Assembly: GCA_024405635.1 (NCBI GenBank)
Contig: JAKSOL010000009.1
Location: forward strand, 32,001 to 96,000
Direction of reading: 5' to 3'
Length of the DNA stretch: 64,000 nt
Source: Salinivirgaceae bacterium
GTDB taxonomy: Bacteria; Bacteroidota; Bacteroidia; Bacteroidales; SZUA-534
A program made the position numbers and the translations under genes. The notes under the pieces are model-generated. The model was not told the origin of the DNA. It searched no databases and worked only from the letters and a program-made list of their open reading frames with translations. Every line of letters begins with the position of its first letter. Position 1 is the first letter of the stretch. Below are positions 19,273 through 29,348 of the stretch, piece after piece.

Positions 19273-22200
19273 TTAATCCATTCGTGCCGAAACCACACAT
19301 GGTTTCTTTATTTGTTTGCTTTCGCCATCGGTGCTAAACAATTCGCAATAAACAACATACACGCCAATTGGCACCCTATTGCCATTGTCGTCAAGTCCAT
19401 CCCAACTCCAAAAGCCCGAAGTGCCTAGTTGCTCGTTGCTCACTAACTTGCGCACACGAACTCCTTTTGCATTAAAAATGCTAACAGAAGCAACATTGCC
19501 CGGATTTTCAAACTGATAACAAATATTCAGTTGGTCGTCAAAGCCATCGTTATCGGGCGAAAATGCCTCATTTTCAATGCTTAACGTAGAATTACCGCTA
19601 ACAATTGGCGCAAAACACGAATTTTGATAACCCGGAGTTGCTCCACCTGTGTATTCTGCAGCCGAGTGCCAGTTGGCAGCATTATCTGTCGGTTTATTTG
19701 GATCGATGCGCTCAAGGCTAACTCCTTCAACACTGCTCAACAACGCAAAGTGCATCTTTTTATCGTATTCAAATTCGTCGTAAACTACCCCAGCCGTATC
19801 AGCTAATACAACTACACCATGATCGTTGGCATAAGTTGGCAATGCTGCAAGGTTGAAAAATGCAAGCGAATCGGTTGTAGCATATTGGCTCATAACCAAT
19901 TGCGAGTTGGTTGAAAGTACAACATAACCTCCTGCGGGCAAAACATAACCGGGTTGTTCAATATGCTTTGGTGTTTTTATTGCTCCTGCCGAACGCGTTG
20001 CTAGACAGAAAGTTGCAATATTCACTGCATGATCAGAGCGATTGTATAATTCAACAAAATCGCAACCTCCAGCTTTTGTATTAAACAGAACTTCGTTTAT
20101 CACCACATCTCCCACCTCGGCTACCATCGGCATAAATAGGGACAGGGTGTCGGTTGCAATGGTATTTCCGAAAACATCGGTAATCTGTTTGCTGAAAATT
20201 ATTGAATAATCGGTGTTTGGATTTATAGCCACAGGCAAGGTTGCATCAATTGCATAATAATTATCGGGAGCCATAACCACTGACAACATATTTCCAATAG
20301 TTGGTTGTATTTCAATTAGCGACGCATCGTTAGCTATTACCATTTTATTGAACACAATTCGGACTTTTCGCTCCGACAAAGGCACAGCGTACAATGCAAT
20401 TGGAGCAATGGTATCGGCTACATCAATAGCAACTGAATTAGGGTGGCATGGTGTTCCGCCTTTAACATCAATTGTTTCGGCCCAATTGTTTCCTGTTTCG
20501 TCGGCCGAAAGCAAACTAATTCGTTCAAGACTAAATCCGCCTTCTTTCTTCAACTCATCGGCATACCATGAACTTGAGTAATTAGTATAGCAAACCAAAT
20601 TGCCTTGACAAAGCACAGAAATGGAACCAGTAGCTGGCAATGCTGGCATTTTTTGCGAACCTATTACGTTGCCAAATTGAGCCAAGCTATCAACTGCCGA
20701 CAATTTTGCAACCAACGCATATTGATGAGCGCCAATAACTCCATGCTCAAGTTTTGCCTCAGTTTTTCCAACTTTAATAGAAAGGCTATCGGTTTCAATA
20801 TCAAAGTTGCTGCGGTTGTATAGCTCAACATACTCGCAGGCTGGCAAACCCGCCGTTGGTTCGGGGGTTGCCATTATTTCGGTTATCACCAAATCGTACA
20901 GCGCAACTTTATGATATACAAGCGTTAACGTTGTGTCGTCAATTACATTACCGCATTGGTCCGAAATGTCTTTAACTGAAAGATGCAACTGTGTATCAAC
21001 TGCAAAAGATTGAGCAAACGTTAAAGTCAACTGCAATCCGTTGAGCGAAACGCTTGTTGGACTTTTACCGTCTAACTGATAGTTTGCAACAAACGTAACT
21101 GATTGTTCATCTGGTAGTTCGCTCAAAAAAAGCACTATTTGTTTGTCGTTTGCAATATGAGTTGACGATATAACAATCTGTTCGTTATCAATATTTTTCG
21201 CCTTTACAGAATTTTGTTTTCCAGGTGTGCCGCCTGCATCAGCAACACTAACTGCCCAATTATTTGCGCCACCGCACAAATTATTTGCATCAATTCGCTC
21301 AAGCGACCAACCGCCAGCTTGCTTTTCGGTATCGGCAATCATGCTTTGCGTGTAACTAACCGAATCGATTACCGCGCCCTTGTCCGACAAAAGTTTAATT
21401 GCACGACCTGTGTTGGTAAGCGATGTTGTACTAATGCCAACAACCGTTGTTCCATATTTTGCAAACTCTTTTGTAGCCGCACTTGATGTTACAATAACAT
21501 AACCATTTGCATCAATCACAACATCGGCCAATTCTTTTTGCGTTCCAGCCACATCAACTTTCCATCCGTTGAGCGAAATGGCATAGTTTCTATTATTATA
21601 AATCTCGAAGAAGTCATACTCGGGAAGAGCAACCACTGGTGTTGGGTCAAAAAATATCTCATTTACAACAACATCGCCAGGTTGCGGTGCAATCCAATAC
21701 TCAAAATCGAACTGCTCAGCTGCGGTCATTTCAACTCCATTAACATCGGCCACTCCGCTAACTGTTAGATTATTTGAACCTACTTGCAATTCATCAACAG
21801 TCAATACAACTTGCTTGGGTTGCGAACTATTGTAGCCAACCGAAATAACCTCACCTGCTTGCAACATATAATTATTGGTATTGCAAACTGATGCAGAATC
21901 AACTTCGGCCGAAAACGAAACAGTAATCTTATCAGTTCCATTAAAACTAAAATCGGCAACTGAAATAGGGTTAGGTTGATAAACAACGCTAATGCTATCG
22001 GCCCAAAGTTTTCCAACATTTCCTTTTATGAATGTAAACAACAGCCCAACGCTATCGGAACTGCTATATGTAACATCGGTAGTTGACGAGGCGAATGTGG
22101 TAAGATTATTAAATGAATTACCATAACTAATTGACCACAAACCAGTTGCAGCGCGAATAACCTCAACACAAATCAAGGCGTCTTGGGTCCATACATAATC

Positions 22201-22674
22201 GGTTTTTAGCAAAGTTGATTTTTTACCACCCGCTTCTAACTTATTCAATGTCAATACTTTTGGATTTGAAGTGGTGGTTGAAACATAATAACCACTGTTT
22301 TGACTATTGGTTAAATCAGCCTTTTCAGTCATTAAGAAAAATTGAAAGTAGTTGGCTGTGGTTGGAGTAAAACCTGCAGTTTTCAAAGCAAAGCGCCAAA
22401 TTGTTGTTCCTGCCGAAAAGTCGCAATTTGCCACACTTGCCGCAATAGTACTAGTTGCTGCAACATTTGGAGTAGAACTATGATGCAGCAAACCGCCGTC
22501 AGCCAACCAGTCGGAAGTATTTGTCCACTGGTCAAGATTTTCAAATTCGTCGGCAAACAATAAAGTCTGCTCCGAAGACTTGCTATTACTCAAATTAGGC
22601 GAAAAGGTCTGCGCGTGGGCAAAAGCCAAAAATAATGCGAGACAAACTAAACACAATGCCGTTTTTTTATTCAT
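19273..22674 (-). CDS. Lamin-tail-domain repeat protein with a T9SS type-B (gliding-motility) C-terminal domain
   Basis: Three repeats of (V/I)NE...(E)..ELYN...SLER...NW...GTP..NS. C-terminal FSPDNDG.DD...WDG...G.Y. Signal peptide from MNKK at 22674. Confidence 0.8.
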   Translation of the reverse strand: MNKKTALCLVCLALFLAFAHAQTFSPNLSNSKSSEQTLLFADEFENLDQWTNTSDWLADGGLLHHSSTPNVAATSTIAASVANCDFSAGTTIWRFALKTAGFTPTTANYFQFFLMTEKADLTNSQNSGYYVSTTTSNPKVLTLNKLEAGGKKSTLLKTDYVWTQDALICVEVIRAATGLWSISYGNSFNNLTTFASSTTDVTYSSSDSVGLLFTFIKGNVGKLWADSISVVYQPNPISVADFSFNGTDKITVSFSAEVDSASVCNTNNYMLQAGEVISVGYNSSQPKQVVLTVDELQVGSNNLTVSGVADVNGVEMTAAEQFDFEYWIAPQPGDVVVNEIFFDPTPVVALPEYDFFEIYNNRNYAISLNGWKVDVAGTQKELADVVIDANGYVIVTSSAATKEFAKYGTTVVGISTTSLTNTGRAIKLLSDKGAVIDSVSYTQSMIADTEKQAGGWSLERIDANNLCGGANNWAVSVADAGGTPGKQNSVKAKNIDNEQIVISSTHIANDKQIVLFLSELPDEQSVTFVANYQLDGKSPTSVSLNGLQLTLTFAQSFAVDTQLHLSVKDISDQCGNVIDDTTLTLVYHKVALYDLVITEIMATPEPTAGLPACEYVELYNRSNFDIETDSLSIKVGKTEAKLEHGVIGAHQYALVAKLSAVDSLAQFGNVIGSQKMPALPATGSISVLCQGNLVCYTNYSSSWYADELKKEGGFSLERISLLSADETGNNWAETIDVKGGTPCHPNSVAIDVADTIAPIALYAVPLSERKVRIVFNKMVIANDASLIEIQPTIGNMLSVVMAPDNYYAIDATLPVAINPNTDYSIIFSKQITDVFGNTIATDTLSLFMPMVAEVGDVVINEVLFNTKAGGCDFVELYNRSDHAVNIATFCLATRSAGAIKTPKHIEQPGYVLPAGGYVVLSTNSQLVMSQYATTDSLAFFNLAALPTYANDHGVVVLADTAGVVYDEFEYDKKMHFALLSSVEGVSLERIDPNKPTDNAANWHSAAEYTGGATPGYQNSCFAPIVSGNSTLSIENEAFSPDNDGFDDQLNICYQFENPGNVASVSIFNAKGVRVRKLVSNEQLGTSGFWSWDGLDDNGNRVPIGVYVVYCELFSTDGESKQIKKPCVVSARMD

Positions 22675-22799
22675 CTTTGTAGCGCTTTTGAAAATTGATT
22701 TTTCAAACGCAATCAACTGATTATTAGATGATTAAAAATCAGTTTGATTACATTAGAAAATGTTGTAAGTAACTAAATATAATTCAAAATAAAAAGACT

Positions 22800-23807
22800 A
22801 TGAAGATAGCCGTAGTAGGAGCCAGCGGTGCAGTTGGCCAAGAATTCTTGAAGATCCTAAACGAGAGAGATCTTCCAATTGATGAGTTAGTCCTTTTTGG
22901 ATCGGCTCGTAGTGCAGGAACCGCATACGATTTCAAGGGAAAGAAAATCGTGGTAAAAGAGTTGAAACACAACGACGATTTTAAAGACATTGACATTGTA
23001 TTGGCATCAGCAGGCGCAAGCACATCAAAAGAATATGCCGAAACAATGACCAAATACGGCGCCATTATGATTGACAACTCAAGCGCATTCCGTATGGACA
23101 ACGATGTTCCATTGGTTGTACCTGAAGTTAACCCAGAGGACGCGCTAACCACTCCACGCAACATTATTGCAAACCCAAACTGCACTACCATTATTATGGT
23201 TGTAGTGCTTAAGGCTCTTGAGGAGTTGTCGCACATTAAACGCATTCACGTAGCAAGCTACCAAAGTGCTAGCGGTGCTGGTGCAATGGGTATGGCAGAG
23301 CTTGAACAACAAGTAAAAGATTTTGCTGCAGGCAAAGACCTTACAGTAAACAAATTCTCGTCACAAATTTTGTTCAACGTTATTCCTCACATCGATGTAT
23401 TCACCGATAACGACTACACCAAAGAGGAGATGAAGATGTATAACGAGACCAAAAAGATTATGCACTCTGACATTGAGGTAAGTTCAACTTGCGTGCGCGT
23501 GCCTGTAATGCGTGCTCACTCTGAAGCAATTTGGGCAGAAACAGCAGAGCCAGTTTCTCCTGAGGCTTTCCGCGCTGCTTGTGCAAAAGCCGCTGGTGTA
23601 ACTGTAGTTGACAATCCTGCTAACAAAGAGTACCCAATGCCTTTGTTTGTTGCAGGACAAGACAACGTATCGGTTGGCCGTATCCGCAAAGACATTGCTA
23701 ATCCAAACGGAATCACTTTCTGGTGCGTTGGCGACCAAATTCGCAAAGGTGCAGCTCTTAACGCTGTTCAAATTGCAGAATACCTTATCGCTAAAAAGTT
23801 CAAATAG
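22800..23807 (+). CDS. asd: Aspartate-semialdehyde dehydrogenase
   Basis: [22 protein letters not shown] and [10 protein letters not shown] motifs. Confidence 0.97.
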   Translation: MKIAVVGASGAVGQEFLKILNERDLPIDELVLFGSARSAGTAYDFKGKKIVVKELKHNDDFKDIDIVLASAGASTSKEYAETMTKYGAIMIDNSSAFRMDNDVPLVVPEVNPEDALTTPRNIIANPNCTTIIMVVVLKALEELSHIKRIHVASYQSASGAGAMGMAELEQQVKDFAAGKDLTVNKFSSQILFNVIPHIDVFTDNDYTKEEMKMYNETKKIMHSDIEVSSTCVRVPVMRAHSEAIWAETAEPVSPEAFRAACAKAAGVTVVDNPANKEYPMPLFVAGQDNVSVGRIRKDIANPNGITFWCVGDQIRKGAALNAVQIAEYLIAKKFK

Positions 23808-23829
23808 AACAATTTACAACACAATAAAT

Positions 23830-23866
23830 AAACGGGAATTGCCAAAAGGTGATTCCCGTTTTTTTT
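23830..23866 (+). terminator. asd intrinsic terminator
   Basis: AAACGGGAATTGCC-aaaa-GGTGATTCCCGTTT followed by a T tract. Confidence 0.85.
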
Positions 23867-23893
23867 GTTGGTTAGTTTGAAATAAGCGACCAC

Positions 23894-23936
23894 AAAAAAC
23901 CGCCAACAACCTCATTTTGCTTGGTTACTGGCGGTT
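23894..23936 (-). terminator. Intrinsic terminator of the minus-strand lipoprotein gene
   Basis: Minus strand reads AACCGCCAGTAACC...GGTTGTTGGCGG-TTTTTT. Confidence 0.75.
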
Positions 23937-23962
23937 AAAGTTTTAATGCGATGTTGGGTGGG

Positions 23963-24469
23963 TTATTCTATTAGTGTCCAAGTTTCGCCATTATCCAAAA
24001 TCACCCTTATGATACCATAGTTTTTTGCAACAACAATACTATTCTTATTATCATTTAGTATCACACATTGGTCGTATATTCCATATTGATCTTTATAAGG
24101 AATAGTATCTATTATATTAGATGCGTTTATGCCACTTTTAACTCCAAAAGACAAATAAAAATTAATTTCTTTCCAATAATCGCTAGAATTTATACGGTAA
24201 AATAATAACGTATCTTGATACGAGGCTTCTATTTCAATATAAGTTCCACAATCACAATCACAATTGCGTGATATTATTTCTTTGTCATACTTTCTATAGT
24301 TAAAAATGATAAATTCAATAGTATCATAACCTGTATCAAATCTAATAGTGTCGTTCAATTCATATGGAATAAAAGACTCTAATTCTTCTGGAAAATTTGG
24401 ACAATGGCGTTCTTTACTACAAGAAAACAAGCACATACCTAAAATTAGGATAGATAAAAGATTCTTCAT
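23963..24469 (-). CDS. Hypothetical lipoprotein, AT-rich
   Basis: Lipobox LFSC and a CDCDC motif. Visibly lower GC than its neighbours. Confidence 0.7.
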   Translation of the reverse strand: MKNLLSILILGMCLFSCSKERHCPNFPEELESFIPYELNDTIRFDTGYDTIEFIIFNYRKYDKEIISRNCDCDCGTYIEIEASYQDTLLFYRINSSDYWKEINFYLSFGVKSGINASNIIDTIPYKDQYGIYDQCVILNDNKNSIVVAKNYGIIRVILDNGETWTLIE

Positions 24470-24618
24470 CGCATTAAGTTTTTAATTACGGCTTTAAACT
24501 TTACTCCTTTTTCAACTTTAAAACCAGAAGTTTGCATTACTTTTTCTTTTACTTCAAGTTCAACTTGTTTTTAGACAAAAAATCTAAAACTCTGAAAATT
24601 CCAAACAAATAGGTAATC

Positions 24619-25377
24619 CTACCCCACAAGTTTTACCAGCCATTTAGGCCAAACAGCAAAGGTTGCTACAGCTACAAACTCACCTGCAGCATCGCAAAGC
24701 AAATCAACCACATCGCCCGACCGACCAGTAATCCAAAGTTGCTGAATTACCTCAATTGCCGCAGCATATACCAAGGTTGCTAACAAAATAGCCACATATT
24801 GTCGGCGAACTATTCCTTGCTTTACATACAGCGAATGGGTTAAAAATCCACAACCAAAAAACATACAGAAGTGCATCACTTTGTCTAAATGAGGAATATT
24901 GAGCCATCCTATTTCGGGCAGTTTGGTTGCTGGCGATAGGCACAAATACGACACAAACATTGTCCACAAAACCATTTTAACTTTGGTTATGGTTGCTGCA
25001 TTTCTAATGTTTTTAATTAGTGATTTAAAGTTTGTCAGACCCAAAACCAAGCCGCATACATTGCAGTACCAATCAACATAGTCGCCCGATCGGCCTGGAA
25101 TGAAAAAATGTTGAGCCACCTCGGTTGCAACGGAAAACAACAATTCGAGTATCACAACCACGCTCAAAACCCAATGCGAAAATGCTTTTTCGGTCCAAAG
25201 TCGGTTGGTAAGTTGGCCTAATACAAAAAACAAAAACAGATGAAAAGCCTTATCGATATAGCACTCTACTATCCATGGGTGCTGCCCCATAAATGAACCT
25301 GGTAGCATGCAAATGCCGGTTACCAAAATCACCCATGCGGCCAGCAGAAAGTAGGTTATGTTGTTTTGTCTTTTCAT
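24619..25377 (-). CDS. VanZ-family membrane protein with two tandem VanZ domains
   Basis: Two copies of DK..H..(F)...E..Q...GRSGD..D...N/D..G. Confidence 0.8.
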   Translation of the reverse strand: MKRQNNITYFLLAAWVILVTGICMLPGSFMGQHPWIVECYIDKAFHLFLFFVLGQLTNRLWTEKAFSHWVLSVVVILELLFSVATEVAQHFFIPGRSGDYVDWYCNVCGLVLGLTNFKSLIKNIRNAATITKVKMVLWTMFVSYLCLSPATKLPEIGWLNIPHLDKVMHFCMFFGCGFLTHSLYVKQGIVRRQYVAILLATLVYAAAIEVIQQLWITGRSGDVVDLLCDAAGEFVAVATFAVWPKWLVKLVG

Positions 25378-27287
25378 TTGTTCAAAAATAGCAAGTTATC
25401 GGCATTTTGCGAAAGTTGCTTGTTATCCATCATCCACCTAATAACTCGCAATAAAGTGTCGGGATTGTGGTTCAAACCATCAACTAAATCGGTTATCGTT
25501 TTTTTGCTATCGGCAAGACTTTGGCGAATATCCATTAGCATGGTTTCGAATTGCGCATTGCTGATGTCCAGAAAATTTTTGCGCAAACAATGGTCGCATG
25601 TTCCGCACGGACGCACGTTGCTCATACCAAAATACTCAAGCAACATTTGCACACGGCATCGGTCGGCTGTGGCATACTTAACCACAGCGTTTATTTTTTC
25701 AACAAACAGTTTCTTTCTATCGAGATAAATGGACGGAGGGAAATACAGCGCCTCGGTTGCCAAACGCTCTTCGGTGAAATAAATTTGCGGTAGTTTTTTC
25801 TGCGGTATGTAGTCAATTATACGGTCGTGAGCAAGTTTTTTCAAGAACTCGTAAATCTGTTGTCGACCTATATTTTCCTTTTTCATGTTTTTGGCAAGTT
25901 GAGCCTCGTCAATAGGCCTATACTCGCTAAACAAACCTGTATAAGACCTCAACAACACGCGAATAAAATCTTCTTCGTCGGCATTAACTGATTGATAGTT
26001 GTACAAATCGTCGCGATCAACAATAAACATAATTCGCGAGCTGTTTTTTGGATCGGCATCAAACTCCAAATAGCCAGCTTGTTGCAAAATGCTAAGACTG
26101 CCCAAAGCAATGTTTGGTTCAACGTGAAATTTTTGAACAAAATCGGCCAAATTGAAATCGAACGAGCGGTCTTTTCCCCACTCGATTGGTACTTGCAAAT
26201 AGTCGCAAACTTTGTTGTAAACCTCGCGAACGGTTTGCAAATCGGGATAATTGTGGTCAACTCTTTGCGAAAGTTTTGACGAGTCGCGATTTTGGTACAA
26301 CATAACGGCATAGGCACGTTTTTCGTCGCGGCCACCACGTCCAGCCTCTTGAAAATAAGCCTCAAGCGAGTCGGGCAAATCAACATGAATAACAAATCGC
26401 ACATCGGGTTTGTCGATGCCCATGCCAAAAGCGTTGGTTGCAACAATAACTCGCGTGTTGCCCAATTTCCACTGAGTTTGTTTCAAATCGCGTTCTTCTG
26501 GCGACAATCCAGCATGATAAAAGTCGGCGCTTATTCCATTTTGGCAAAGAAAATCGGCATACTCTTTAGTGCGATTGCGGCTGCGAGCATACACTATTCC
26601 TGTACCGGGAATGGAGTTAATAATTTTAAGTACATACTGAGGTTTGTCTTCGGTTTGACGAACCATGTAAGTAAGGTTTGGACGCTCAAAACTCTTGCGA
26701 AAAACATTTTTCTGCTTAAAATCTAATTGTTTTTGAATATCGTCAACCACTAGCGGAGTTGCTGTTGCAGTAACTGCTAGCACTGGAGCGTCGGGTATAA
26801 GTTTGCGTATTTGAGCAATTTGCAAATAATGTGGGCGGAAATCGTATCCCCATTGCGAGATGCAGTGAGCTTCGTCAATAGCCAAAAGATTGACTTGCAT
26901 GCGTTTCAAATGGTCGCGAAAAGCCGATGAGCTAAGACGCTCGGGCGAGCAATAGAGGAATTTGGTATCGGGGTCGTTGGCACAATTCTCGAGTGCAATT
27001 TTTATTTCCCACGACGACATTCCTGTGTAAATGGCGTAAGCTTTTATTCCGTGTGAGCGCAGATTTTCAACCTGATCTTTCATAAGCGCAATAAGCGGCG
27101 TAACAACCACACACACACCACTTAAGGCCAATGCCGGCACCTGAAAAGTTATGGATTTGCCGCCACCCGTAGGCATTAGCGCAAGAGTATCGCGCCCCTC
27201 GCCAACCGAAGTGATTATTTCTTCTTGTAGCGGGCGAAATGATTTATAACCCCAATATTTTTCAAGTATGTCGGTGTATTTACTCAA
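25374..27287 (-). CDS. recQ: RecQ-family ATP-dependent DNA helicase
   Basis: MPTGGGKS, DEAHCISQWG.DFRP, AFGMGIDK and QEAGRGGRD motifs, plus Zn-binding cysteines. Confidence 0.93.
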   Translation of the reverse strand: MSKYTDILEKYWGYKSFRPLQEEIITSVGEGRDTLALMPTGGGKSITFQVPALALSGVCVVVTPLIALMKDQVENLRSHGIKAYAIYTGMSSWEIKIALENCANDPDTKFLYCSPERLSSSAFRDHLKRMQVNLLAIDEAHCISQWGYDFRPHYLQIAQIRKLIPDAPVLAVTATATPLVVDDIQKQLDFKQKNVFRKSFERPNLTYMVRQTEDKPQYVLKIINSIPGTGIVYARSRNRTKEYADFLCQNGISADFYHAGLSPEERDLKQTQWKLGNTRVIVATNAFGMGIDKPDVRFVIHVDLPDSLEAYFQEAGRGGRDEKRAYAVMLYQNRDSSKLSQRVDHNYPDLQTVREVYNKVCDYLQVPIEWGKDRSFDFNLADFVQKFHVEPNIALGSLSILQQAGYLEFDADPKNSSRIMFIVDRDDLYNYQSVNADEEDFIRVLLRSYTGLFSEYRPIDEAQLAKNMKKENIGRQQIYEFLKKLAHDRIIDYIPQKKLPQIYFTEERLATEALYFPPSIYLDRKKLFVEKINAVVKYATADRCRVQMLLEYFGMSNVRPCGTCDHCLRKNFLDISNAQFETMLMDIRQSLADSKKTITDLVDGLNHNPDTLLRVIRWMMDNKQLSQNADNLLFLNK

Positions 27288-27364
27288 CTTTGCTTTCTAT
27301 TTCTGATTCGCGATTAACCAATTAGCAAACGGTTATTATTCTGCCAATTGCGCTCGTCAAATTA

Positions 27365-28090
27365 TTACTTGCGACCAATATAAATGGCAGCAATGCCCAT
27401 TGAAAGTACTTTGTAAGTAACGTTGCTGAAACCACAACGCAGCATTATATCGGCAAAATTGTCGTATTGCGGAAAAGCCTGAACCGACTCGGGCAAGTAT
27501 GTGTATGCACGGTCGTCGTTTGACACCATACGGCCAATTACAGGCAAAATGTACTTAAAGTAAAACTTGTATAATTGTTTAACAGGGAAACGGCGCGGCA
27601 TTGTAAATTCAAGCACCACACAAACGCCATCTTTGGCCAAAATTCGGTGCATTTGTTTCAAACCAGCCTCAAGATTCTCAAAGTTACGAGCGCCAAACGA
27701 AACTGTTGTTGCATCAAACTCGCCATCGGCAAACGGCAGATTTTCGGCATCGCCTTTTTGTAAACCAATAATATTTTGCAATCCGCGTTTTGCAACCTTT
27801 TCGCGACCAATAGCCAACATGTTTTCCGACAAATCGATGCCAACAATTTGTTTAGCCTGAGTTTTGGTAAGGGCAATGGCAAGATCGGCGGTGCCGGTTG
27901 CCACATCAAGAACACGTGTTGGTGCGTATTTGCCCACAATTTTCACCACTTTGCGACGCCAAATTTTATCGATGTTGAGCGATAGTGTATGGTTTAGCAA
28001 ATCGTAGTGAGTGGCAATGCTATCAAACATTCCCTCAACCTGAACTTTTTTCGAATCGCTATTATTGCTATTTGGTAGGACTGTTGCCAT
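27365..28090 (-). CDS. menG: Demethylmenaquinone methyltransferase (UbiE/MenG)
   Basis: MFD.IA..YD..N..LS, LDVATGTAD and AY.YLPES motifs. Confidence 0.93.
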   Translation of the reverse strand: MATVLPNSNNSDSKKVQVEGMFDSIATHYDLLNHTLSLNIDKIWRRKVVKIVGKYAPTRVLDVATGTADLAIALTKTQAKQIVGIDLSENMLAIGREKVAKRGLQNIIGLQKGDAENLPFADGEFDATTVSFGARNFENLEAGLKQMHRILAKDGVCVVLEFTMPRRFPVKQLYKFYFKYILPVIGRMVSNDDRAYTYLPESVQAFPQYDNFADIMLRCGFSNVTYKVLSMGIAAIYIGRK

Positions 28091-28109
28091 TTGTATAAAT
28101 TATTTATAA

Positions 28110-28514
28110 TCAATACATTTCGTATTGATATGTTTTTCGTTTCTTAATTTTTCCTTTTGCACCAAATTCCGATTTTTCAATTCTCAATCGGCCATTGTAT
28201 TTATATTCAACCTTATCGTCAATGGTACCGTCGGGATTGTAAATAATGTCTGAAATGTGGTTGCCTTCAGCGTCGTAAGAACTCACTGTGCGGCTTTTAA
28301 CTTTGCCATTATCTTCAAACTCAATTTCTTCAACGGCATTGCCATTTTGGTCGAATGTTGTTACCGATTTTTTAATCTTTTTGGGCTCTTTGCCGTCTTT
28401 TTCAAAAACCTCTTCGTACTCGGTAACTGTTTTTACATTGGCATAACGTTTTTGCGCGTTTGCCGCACCCGAAACAACCAAAAAGAAGAAGAGTAATGCA
28501 AATAGTTTTTTCAT
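28110..28514 (-). CDS. Hypothetical secreted protein with YD-like beta repeats
   Basis: Signal peptide MKK...ANA, and repeats FDQNGN and YDAEGN. Confidence 0.65.
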   Translation of the reverse strand: MKKLFALLFFFLVVSGAANAQKRYANVKTVTEYEEVFEKDGKEPKKIKKSVTTFDQNGNAVEEIEFEDNGKVKSRTVSSYDAEGNHISDIIYNPDGTIDDKVEYKYNGRLRIEKSEFGAKGKIKKRKTYQYEMY

Positions 28515-28517
28515 AAA

Positions 28518-29348
28518 TTATTTATTTTCCAGGCTTTTAGCCTCGTTCCAATACTTATCCATTTCGGCTAAATCGCAATCGCGCAATTGTTTGCCTTGCT
28601 CTTTAATTTTTTGTTCAACGTAGTTAAACCGGCGCAAGAACTTTTGGTTTGTTCGCTCAAGTGCATCTTCGGGATTGATTTTGTATAAACGGCCAGCGTT
28701 TACAAGGCTGAACAAAAGGTCGCCAAACTCGTTTTTTGCAGCCTCCGACTTTGGATTGGCTTGCATTTCAGCACTAAACTCAGCAAGTTCTTCGTTTACC
28801 TTATCCCACACTTGCTCAGGTTTTTCCCAATCGAAACCGCTGCTGCTGGTTTTTTCTTGCATGCGATAGGCTTTAACCAATGCAGGCAAACTGGCGGGCA
28901 CACCCTCAAGAACATTGCTTTTACGGCCTTTTTCTTTCAGTTTCAATTGTTCCCAATTACGCGACACGTCGTCGGCTGTGGGCGCATTTACACCGCCAAA
29001 CACATGCGGATGCCTGTATATCATTTTTTGATTAAGCGCATCAATCACATCGGCAATGTCAAACTCGCTTTGTTCGTCGGCAATTTTTGCGTAAAAAATA
29101 ATGTGCAACAACACATCGCCCAGTTCTTTTTTAATATCGGGCATGTTTTTCGATATAATAGCATCGGCAAGTTCGTATGTTTCCTCAATAGTAAGCGTGC
29201 GCAGTGAGTCGAAAGTTTGACTGCCGTCCCAAGGACATTTTGCACGCAATTCGTCCATTATGTCAAGCAGTTTATTAAATTCTTGTAGCTGATGCGCTCT
29301 TTTTTGGGGAACATTCATCACCAACTCTGTAGTTTCGGTATTATTCAT
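28518..29348 (-). CDS. mazG: Nucleoside triphosphate pyrophosphohydrolase MazG
   Basis: CPWD..QT..SL, EE.YEL, ELGD.L and RHPHVF motifs, and a second domain with EFGDLLF. Confidence 0.95.
   Translation of the reverse strand: MNNTETTELVMNVPQKRAHQLQEFNKLLDIMDELRAKCPWDGSQTFDSLRTLTIEETYELADAIISKNMPDIKKELGDVLLHIIFYAKIADEQSEFDIADVIDALNQKMIYRHPHVFGGVNAPTADDVSRNWEQLKLKEKGRKSNVLEGVPASLPALVKAYRMQEKTSSSGFDWEKPEQVWDKVNEELAEFSAEMQANPKSEAAKNEFGDLLFSLVNAGRLYKINPEDALERTNQKFLRRFNYVEQKIKEQGKQLRDCDLAEMDKYWNEAKSLENK

Noticed and set aside
22711-22749. Imperfect AT-rich inverted repeat between the lamin-tail gene and asd
   Set aside because: Low complexity. It cannot be assigned as an operator or riboswitch from sequence alone.
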